Under the pieces are notes generated by a model, which ran no database searches, had not been told where the DNA came from, and worked only from the letters and a program-made list of their open reading frames with translations. Both the position numbers and the translations under genes were made by a program. From Paraphysomonas bandaiensis (Eukaryota; Protista; Chrysophyceae), in assembly GCA_965644295.1 (NCBI GenBank), contig CBFFRP010000200.1:186001-250000 (forward strand): DNA of 64,000 nt. Direction: 5' to 3'. This document shows positions 1 through 9,400 of the stretch, in pieces (position 1 is the stretch's first letter; every line of letters starts with the position of its first letter).

Positions 1-59
1 ACCACAAACCATCACGGTATAACTGATGCGCTCCTTATTTTTTTGACGTATCTTCGTAG

Positions 60-521
60 GGAGGATGAAGAGCAACGTATTAGAGACTTAGGAGGTAAAG
101 TTATATTCTGGGGTCGGTGGAGAGTAGAAGGTGTGCTTGCCGTTTCTCGAGCCATAGGAGATATCAAGCTGAAACCGTATGTCACTTGTGATCCCGAAAT
201 TCAGACAAAAGAGATTACAGACGACGATTTATATATGGTACTCGCATCCGACGGGCTATGGGATGTAATGACAAACGAGGAAGTCGCCTCCTTTGTAGTC
301 AGGTGTGATGTGCCATATTTAGCTCTGTTGTTTTAATTACGTCGAGCAGAAACTGCCAGCGGCAGGAATTTAAGCATATTGCAAGAGATCTTTGCTACGA
401 AGCCACTCTTCTCGGCTCTACAGATAACGTCACGGTACAAGTAGTAGATTTGAGGTAAGTTGTATGAGTTGAATTTGAAAAACTTGACATCTATATATAG
501 AAGGAAAGTCAGCGCTACGTA
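60..521 (+). CDS. PP2C (PPM) protein phosphatase, last three exons (5' part lies outside the window)
   Basis: Motifs RVEGVLAVSRAIGD and LASDGLWDV are present. The next exon gives GSTDNVTVQVVDL. GT-AG introns follow ~302 and ~454, and the stop TAG is at ~519-521. Confidence 0.9.
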
Positions 522-611
522 GCACTGTGAATGTTTTATAGATTTTTTTACATAGATAGTGCAGCATAAGGAAAGTGTCATAACCAAGTAATTAGTTCTC
601 TGTATCTTTCA

Positions 612-1002
612 TTGAAGTATAAACTTCGCTTCCGTAGTTTCTCTATTGCATACGCACGACGTATCTTGAATGAATGGATATCACATCACATGCATGCATA
701 TCCACACACTTAGTACAATGTATCGACATGTTACACCTGTAATCTCTAATCATTATGTGTTGACAAGTTGAACTACAAAGTATTGACTTGGTGAATTGAG
801 AATAATCATTATGTGTTGACAAGTTGAACTACAAAGTATTGACTTGGTGAATTGAGAATAATGATTAGAGATTACAGGTGTAACATGTCGATACATTGTA
901 CTAAGTGTGTGGATATGCATGCATGTGATGTGATATCCATTCATTCAAGATACGTCGTGCGTATGCAATAGAGAAACTACGGAAGCGAAGTTTATACTTC
1001 AA
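612..1002. repeat. Perfect 145-bp inverted repeat (612-756 / 858-1002) enclosing a 56-bp direct tandem duplication (747-802, 803-858)
   Basis: The arms read as exact reverse complements (ttgaagtataaacttcgc... / ...gcgaagtttatacttcaa). The spacer is taatcattatgtgttgac...gagaa repeated twice. Confidence 0.95.
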
Positions 1003-1413
1003 CTCATTCCTTAGCAAAATATGACTGAGATATACTTGACATTTCCACAACATGTCAAGTAATAAAGTAACAGCTTTGCAGAAAATTAAAGTGTATTTCA
1101 TTGTTAAGAATATAAAAATATTACAAATATACTGTGAGAAAGTAATTACAGAAGAACCGATATAGCATACCATTGCCTCATTTACAATCAAGTAGACAGT
1201 AAAAGAGCCAAAAGATTCAAAGCATATTTTTATACAAACCTGAATTTTGTGAGCGCATTGAATTTTGAATTCAGTGAATCTAATTTGAGGTATTTTGGGA
1301 TAGAGAAATTAATTATTCTAAATAGTTGATGTAACTACCTCTTCATGTGGATGACAAACCTCGTAAAAATTAATAAAACGTTGCGTTTAGTATCACGATA
1401 TTCCCTCATCATA

Positions 1414-1777
1414 TTAGTGAATGTCTGATTATTAGCAATAGGTGTAAGGGTTCGAGCTAATAATTTAGCATTGAAATTAAGAACAGAGAGCGAAAGTGGT
1501 CGCACCTTGGTGCTTGCGATGACGCACAAGCAGCTTTTGTAGCGCCAAATAGTAGGATATATATCAGAGCTAAGCACTGGTTAGTTATTAAATTGTTTTT
1601 CTACACTAGTTCTGACTCTCACACGAATATAGCTAATAATCAGGCATTCACTACACAAGTATTTGGCTACGATTGGGCAGACTATATATGCGGCATATGT
1701 TAGTTTCTTGGAGAAATATCTCCGGTACTTATCCCCCAGAACACCACGAAAAGGTGGGAGTCCGACATTGTTGAGAG
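1414..1777 (-). mobile_element. Ribozyme-headed SINE-like retroposon, copy A (internally rearranged, with inverted 3' segment ~1481-1653)
   Basis: Homologous to 21029-21457 and 62678-63117. Flanked by a 12-bp TSD: tccctcatcata (1402-1413) / tccgtcatcata (1778-1789). Confidence 0.8.
1691..1777 (-). ncRNA. Degenerate HDV-like ribozyme fold at 5' end of retroposon copy A
   Basis: Retains ACC-UUUUCGU-GGU (P3/L3), the GGAGA/UCUCC P4 hairpin and CUAA J4/2. P2 is eroded. Confidence 0.4.
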
Positions 1778-2265
1778 TCCGTCATCATAACATCTACCTC
1801 TATCGAAAAGTAATTAACGATTGCCGGCAACGTATACAAGCAACACCTTAAATGATTAGGTACTCTTTTTCAATTAGTTCTAGTAAAGTTCTACACCTCA
1901 TCATCATCCTACCCCACAATGAGGCGCACTACAATAGAATCTTACATTTTACTGCTACAACCTCATTAATCAAAAACAATGCTACAATATAATAAGTATA
2001 CACGAGCACAATTTATGACTAATTAGAAAATTAAACTAAAAATATAAGCTCTTAATCATTTATTATTTTGAGGAAGCCAATCTCACAAATGGTCAATAAT
2101 ATATCTCTGTATAACATGGTCTGAAGTATATATACTAGTAAGGTCTTATAAGGACAATAAGTAAAGACTGACAAAATTACTTTTAAACCTCATGCAATGA
2201 GTTCATTACGATTTCAATAAAATGCAAGCAATGCAATGACGACAGCACCGCGACAGTATATAATC

Positions 2266-3538
2266 CTAACCAAACACAAATCCCGGGCCTCGTTTCCCTT
2301 TCGTTTTGACTCTTCCGCGAGATCCCCCATCGTAGTCATCCTTAGGATTCTTTTCTACAATAATCTAGCGCACAATTTAGTCAGACACAAATTTCGAAAT
2401 GAAATTTATACTACCTTTTCGCCCTTAGTGGATGCAACCTTACCATCTCTATAACGTATCTACCGATATATTATTTCAGAACATTCCAAAAACTACATTT
2501 TCACAACCTTACTATTTCCCGGTGCAACTCGCTTATAGGCGACCTCCGTGACTCCTGATCGAGCCTGGTGTTTCGTGACTTTGTTAGTGTGCACTACCTG
2601 CTCACCGTAACGGCGAAATATGGAATTCTTCATCTCACGATCACGTCGACGCTTCTCCGCAGCATCATTCTTTAGTTTTTCTTCGTGCTCTGTCAACGCA
2701 GAGCGGAGACGCTCTATATCATCATCTACCATTCCACATAATTACAGAAGAATTGACGATACACTCATATATTACCAGTGCTATTTTCCAATAAGAACTG
2801 ACCCGTTTCTAAAATATTTCTGCAAAATTTTACATTATAAACATACGAGATTATTTCCTTGTCTACATGAGGAACTATTTGCTGCAATTCCATAACATTT
2901 GAATCTACAGGGTCATCACAACTCATGCCATCTTCTTGTGAGACAGTTTCACTAACTGTCTCAGGGTTCTTAACATTGTTTTCCTTTTTTGATTGGGACA
3001 ATACATGCCCGCTCGAACACTGCGAAGGAGCTACTGGAGTATCTCGACTGATATCCACAAGCTCCAGGGCAATTTTGCTTCCGCATAAGTCTGGGATGTA
3101 AGTGCATATTACTTCCGCAGCATCTTCGGTGGGCATATTGGGATCTCCACAGACCTCCACAATATAGTCCAAAATTGCATCGTCAAGAGTATCAGAATCA
3201 ACATCATGCCTACATAGACAATCCCGAAAACGTGTTGAGACACTAGAGTTATTCTGTGGCTCTGTGTTTGAAATATCGGACATGCCTTTAGCTGATCCCT
3301 CACATTTATTGGATAGAGATATGAGGTCTCTAAGAACCTCCTCTCGATCGCTAGCACTGACAGACAGCACGGCCGGACACACATTGCACACTACATCCAT
3401 TTTATCGTTGATTGATAGAGAGCTGTCAGTGAGTGCATTGACTATATAATGAGCAGTGTGGTTGTCAAGGGAATCATTGTGCTTTACTCCTCTCGACTGA
3501 AGAGCTGATAGCATAGCAGACAATACTCTATCAGTCAT
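2266..3538 (-). CDS. CUEDC2: CUE domain-containing protein 2-like (4 exons)
   Basis: CUE-like VMELQQIVPHVDKEIISYV, then KNSIFRRY, and a C-terminal IRYRDGKVASTKGEK motif. The last exon ends KGKRGPGFVFG*. Confidence 0.7.
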
Positions 3539-3548
3539 ATCACAGCAC

Positions 3549-3628
3549 ACAGATGTAGACAGATACAGACAGAGGTAGACAGAGGTAGACAGATGTAGAC
3601 AGAGGTAGACAGATGTAGACAGAGGTAG
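3549..3628. repeat. 10-bp minisatellite (ACAGA[G/T]GTAG)n, ~8 units, in a divergent promoter; a (GGTCT/GCTCT)n tract follows at ~3700-3734
   Basis: Read directly from the sequence. Confidence 0.85.
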
Positions 3629-3970
3629 AAGCTATCCGATAATACAATTCAAGTGTGATGCATCTCAACACTCTATATCTCTATAGGAAGATGCACGAGG
3701 GTCTGCTCTGGTCTGGTCTGGTCTGCTCTGCTCTGTATTGGAAGCTCTGGCTTGTTGATGTGTTTAACGGACCTCACAACATGTATCGTACCGTACACGG
3801 ATCGTTGGCCGGGTTACATATTTCATTATGTACCTATATACCTGTACTTGCCTACATACGCACAAGGTGTATGGGTACAGTCGTGCTGGTATCTGTACAC
3901 ACATATATATGTATGTGATTGATGGGTTCGGCTATTGATACAAATGCATTGCCATCATTGATTACAGTGC

Positions 3971-5266
3971 ATGTCCCTTCTGCTACTGTTTCTCTTCTCA
4001 TCATCTTCAGCCTGTACCCTGTACCTGGCCCCCTCATCTCTCCCTGGTGCTGGACTGGGAGTGTTCACAGGTATCGATCTAAAGAAGAAGACGGGCGTTG
4101 AAAGAGGCCACACTGTATTGATAGAGAATCTATTGATACAAGAATTACATCTATTGAATTATGTGTATGCATCTCATAATGGTGACTATGCGATATGTGT
4201 GTTTGGTGCATCCATGATGTTCAATCATCTCGACTCCCCTAACTTAGAGAGGACATGGGAGCCCGGAGACATACCAGACGTACAAAGTATTGCACTTAGA
4301 CCATACGGTGTATATAAAGAGTTACAATTTGGTGCTCGGAGAGATATATTAGCTGGAGAAGAACTTTTCTCGAAATATGGAGGCGCAGATTGGTTTGATG
4401 CACGTGGTATCCCGTACGACCCTTCTATAACGGCTCCTGTTTCGAGATATACGGTTGAAGAATTGCAACAAGTCGGCCACTGTATCAGTGATATTCATAT
4501 TGGGAGCTCGCGGATGACAGGGGCCGGGAAGGGGGTATTTGCTAGCAGGAATTTTAGAAAAGGTGAATTGATATCGATCTCTCCTGTATTCATAGCTCCC
4601 AAGCACACTATTATGAGGGAAGGAGCTAGTTCTTTTCTCATTAACTACTGTATTACTTCTCAAGACAGTGATGTTGTGGTGATTCCTTTTGGAAATGCTG
4701 CTATGGCTAATCATGGTGGATCGGATGCAAACATGCGTTTTGAATGGTATGATTGGAAGACAGGTAACTCCAGCAATGATGCTGTGGCCAAAATGAATGT
4801 GTCGGAACTTGTTGCCTCGCCATCGGCGCCGCTATATATGGGATATTACGCTACCGTGGATGTGCAGCGAGGGGATGAGCTTACTATAAACTATGGGCCG
4901 AAGTGGGAGCATGAATGGTTACGTTATCTCCGTGTGTTGGAGCAGTGGTTTGATGAGTATGGGTATGAGGATCCTACACGTGCACCACAATTCAGAGAGC
5001 CAATAGCTGCTCCAAATAGTTTCTTTCCCCCTAGTTTTGAAATTAATTGTGTAGGTCATGACTGCGGCGATATGTCGCGAGTATATAGCAACGCCAAGCT
5101 CAACGAACGTCTGAATATGAAACGCAGTCAGACACTCACTCCTGAATCGATTAAGATATCTCGTCGTGAAATTAACGAAAAGTCAGTTCGAAATGCAGAT
5201 TCTTCTTGCCGCACTGAATCAATATTTTCAGTATCGACTTTATTAAGATATTTAGGTGTCGAGTGA
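3971..5266 (+). CDS. Signal-peptide-bearing tandem SET-domain protein (putative secretory-pathway lysine methyltransferase)
   Basis: Hydrophobic N-terminus MSLLLLFLFSSSSA. Two SET signature sets: GAGLGVF..MFNH..GEELFSKYG and GAGKGVF..MANH..GDELTINYG. Confidence 0.85.
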   Translation: MSLLLLFLFSSSSACTLYLAPSSLPGAGLGVFTGIDLKKKTGVERGHTVLIENLLIQELHLLNYVYASHNGDYAICVFGASMMFNHLDSPNLERTWEPGDIPDVQSIALRPYGVYKELQFGARRDILAGEELFSKYGGADWFDARGIPYDPSITAPVSRYTVEELQQVGHCISDIHIGSSRMTGAGKGVFASRNFRKGELISISPVFIAPKHTIMREGASSFLINYCITSQDSDVVVIPFGNAAMANHGGSDANMRFEWYDWKTGNSSNDAVAKMNVSELVASPSAPLYMGYYATVDVQRGDELTINYGPKWEHEWLRYLRVLEQWFDEYGYEDPTRAPQFREPIAAPNSFFPPSFEINCVGHDCGDMSRVYSNAKLNERLNMKRSQTLTPESIKISRREINEKSVRNADSSCRTESIFSVSTLLRYLGVE

Positions 5267-5801
5267 TTTGACTATTGTTGTCCTGGTAACTAACCAGATC
5301 GAGCATATGTTGGAGTTAGACATATCTTGGTATTGAATCGAAACCCTGTTTTACTGTACAATACTGTCGAAGTGAAAGCGTTTGTCTCATTTACTGTATA
5401 AGTCTAGGTTGAATTTATGCATGTAGTGACTAGCAAGCCCCAAAAACAACTCTGTTGGTGATAGTTGCAGCCAGAATGTAAAACTGTGAAAAATACAAAA
5501 TGATGAACATATTATACTCAGCAAAATGTAACCATGAAATATTAGAACTGAAGTATGAAAGGACCTATTTAAATCCATATATAGAATTGTGATTAGAAAA
5601 AAATCTAGTAGAGAAATGGAGCAACAATCTGCAATGGAAAGAGGTAAAATTAGATTCGAACTACTTGAGGCTAAAATTAATAAGTATTGTTAAAAAGTTG
5701 CAGTTAAAAAAAGCACATTACTCTGCAACAATAAAAATTGATGGCTTCAGTAATTGATCATGCACATTGTTTCAACGAGTTACATTACTCTTATTCTTAT
5801 A

Positions 5802-6013
5802 CAGTAATGAATGTCTTGTTATAAGCAATATGCGTGTAAGAGTCAGAAATAATGTAGGAAAACAATTTAGTAACTATCTAGTGCTTAACTCTGATATCCT
5901 ACTATTTGGCGCTACGAAAGCTGCTTGTGCGTCACCGAAAGCACCAAGTTGTGACCACTTTTGCTCTATAACTCAAAGCAAACGTAGTGAGCAAGCATAC
6001 TGTTGATATATAC
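5802..6013 (-). mobile_element. SINE-like retroposon copy B (3' half only; copia inserted at its edge)
   Basis: Aligns by eye to 21029-21212 (tgcttaactctgatatcctactatttggcgctacgaaagctgctt...). Confidence 0.85.
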
Positions 6014-6306
6014 TGTTGGGAAATGCTCATTTTACTTAGATCAAAGAGAGATTAAGTTGTTAGACTAGATAGATTTATTAATATCGTTTACACGAATTGT
6101 GTTAAACAACACAAGCTCGTTTTGTGCCATGCATAAATCACTACTTCTGTAGACCTTTCGCTACTAAACATATCTTGAAAGAGCAAACTATTTCAGTTTT
6201 CTCAATATCATAACAGCATCTACACATCACCATACTTCACTGTATTCTCGTACATTGTCTTCAAGTACCACATTGAATATACTAGGATACAGTCCATATT
6301 CTAATA
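6014..6306 (-). repeat. 3' LTR (293 bp, TATTAG...CCCAACA)
   Basis: Direct repeat of 11176-11468. Confidence 0.97.
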
Positions 6307-6479
6307 CTCCCACTCAATGTAGAATGCAGTGATACGAAACAACAATGAGTACAGTGATCTTCATGCTATAAACTAGTCTCATAGGTAAAATAGATGTGAA
6401 ATCTTATCAAGATACATATATAACTAGCAGTCAACTAGATATATAGTTATGTGGGATTCTCACCCACTAAAACACACCT

Positions 6480-9400
6480 TTAACCTCTTCGGGGTCGCTT
6501 CTTCTGCTGCTCCTCAACTCTGGTTGACACACTTCTCTTAACCCCGGTAATAGTTTTCTCATGACGACTGAAAAGTTTCGTTGACAATGCCTTCGTGAAA
6601 ATATCAGCCGCCATATCATCCGTCGACACATGAATCAACTTTGCCGTAGGAAATTTTCCATTTACATGCTCTCTCACCCAGTGATACTTGATGTCTATAT
6701 GCTTCGACCTCTTATGATACACAGGATTCTCGGAGAGATCTTTCGCACTCTTGCTATCCATAAAGAATGGAGTCGGCTTCGCAACTAAGAGCCCGAGCTC
6801 CTTGAACACCCCCCGAAGCCACACCAGTTCTTGCATAGCCGCATACTCCGCCATATATTCAGATTCCATGCTCGAAGTTGCAACTGTGGTCTGTAGTTTA
6901 GACTGCCAGGCCAATGCGCCTGCACATAAGAACACAATGTATCCTGTTGTCGATCGCCGAGTCAGTCTATCACCAGCCCAATCTGAATCACTGAACACAT
7001 GTAAGTCGAACTCACTCCCACTGAATCTGATGCCCTCATCAATTGTTCCACGCAAATATTTCAATAAGTGAATCGCCAGTTTGCACGATGCATATGTCGG
7101 ACAACTACTAAATCGAGACAATAACCCCACTGCATAAGCCAGATCAGGTCTAGTATGCATTGCTAGATACAACACTGCTCCAATAATTTGCCGATACGGA
7201 AATGAGTCAACCCACTGCTTCTGCTCCTCCGTAAGTTCACGTTCCTCTGCCAACAGATCCTGAACATTAGTAGGTAGTGGGGCCTCCTTATTCTTACTAC
7301 TCTTTCCCATAACTGAGCTGAATTTCTTGATAATATTCTTAGCATACTCAGATTGATCTAACATATACCAATTTTCTCCTCTGGTTATCCTGATGTTCAG
7401 AAATCGCTTACACACTCCCAGATCATGCATCTCGAATGTTTCACAGAACCTACGCTTTACGCTTTCCAAGTAAGTCAGATCAGCGGATGCAATTATGATA
7501 TCATCAACATATATCAATAATAAATGCAGTTTTCCGTTACTCCATCGCATATACAAACACGTATCCAAAATACACGGAGTAAAATGCAATGATTTAATAA
7601 ACTTGTCAATATGTTTATTCCACTGTCGCGGTGAAGATCGCAGTCCATACAATGCCTTGATTAGTTGAAAACACCATCCAGCTAGTAATTCCTCATCTGG
7701 TGGAGGTGCCATATACACGTCATCCTCCAGATCTGCATAGCAAAATGCGGATGATACATCTAATTGATGCACATGCATCTGTAACATAAACGCAATCGCT
7801 AACACTAGTCTAATGGTTATACCCTTAACCACTGGAGCGAAAGTGGACGGCTCCTCCTCCTTCTTCTCTTGGAGATTTCCTAATGCCACTAGCCGAGCCT
7901 TGTACTTTACTATATTCCCTAGTATGTCTCGCTTCACCGTATGCACATATTTCGCTCTAACTAATTTCACTCCGCTTGGAATTTTCACGATCTTCAAGAC
8001 ACGTCTTTTCAGCAATGATGTCTTCTCCACCATTCGAGCTTTTCTCCATTGTTGATACTGTGGAGATCTCTCTGCCTCGGCATATGAATTTGGTATCTTG
8101 ATATCTTCTGTCTCTGCATGGTTAAGATCAATATTATGCGCATCCGGTACTTCAACCATATTAATCTCTCCTAAAACTGACGCGTTTGCCAGTCTCCGCT
8201 GCAGCCGTTTGCGTCGGACCCGACCATCACCATCTAGTTCAATCGGTCGACGAGGTATATAAGAACCCATACCTTGCTCATCCTGAGCACGCACATCGTG
8301 CGTTGTGGGAGGAGCCCCGCTCACAACCCCAGACTCATAGTCTTCAGAGGTCTGCAACCTCACAGCTGTCTCCTGACAGGTTGGGTCAGGACTCTCCTGT
8401 AACCCTCCAGGTCTTCCCTGGTCCAGCACCCTGGCTGGCATAGTACTCAGGGCGTCCCCCTTTCCTATATATCCGGTATTCCCGGGAGTTTCTGCAGTCA
8501 TTCGCACTACGTCCTCGACGTGAATCGGCACCCGGTGCTCGATATGCTTCCGACCTGCAGTTACCAGAGATCGATAGGCTACTATTACCCCCTTTCGTTC
8601 TACTACTCTCGTGGTCTTGTAGAGAAGACCATCCTCATCATCAATATGATATGTACCTTCTAAGCCCGCATAGTCAGACACAATTTTCGGTCTCTCGGCC
8701 TCCTTCACTCGAAGAGCATCTATCTCAGCGAAATAGCTCTCCGAGCGTGACGGTATGGACTCATCAGTTAATACATGTACCGACGTGACGACCCTATCAG
8801 TCGCAGGTAGATATACATCATATCCTACCTTTTCATCTGAATATCCTATCAGATATCCGATAAGGGCCTTGTCGTCCCAGTCTTTCCGTCGATCCGCCTT
8901 TGTAGTGAGGACATACGCACGACACCCCCATACTCTGAGATATTTCAGGTTGGGAGCCTCACCAGTCAAAAATTCAAGAGGGGACATATACCCCTTCGCT
9001 GTCTTTGTAGGCAATCGAATTAATATGTACCTGGCTGCCATGTAGGCATCTAGCCAAAACTGTGAAGGCAATCCTGACTGAATCAGCATCGCTAATGTCA
9101 TCTCACCACAGGTCCTGAATTTCCGCTCCTCAATCGCGTTCATCTCAGGAGAGTCCGTAGAGCTCCACGTATGTTGATAGCAACCCTGTGACCTAAGATA
9201 TTGTCGCAGCTCATCACATATTAGCTCCCCTGCTCCATCTGCATGGTAATGATGCATTTCTAATTTGTACCTTTTCACATCTCCTTCAAAAATCTTCTTG
9301 AAAACCTGCAGTACCGATGACCCAGTCCTATGAACAAGCCCTTCCGACCAGAACATCCGACTGGCATGGTGTGTTAGTTTGAGCACATATATTTCCCCTC

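Noticed and set aside
747-862. Direct repeats as a CRISPR-like array
   Set aside because: Two adjacent 56-bp copies with no spacers, in a eukaryotic context with no cas genes.
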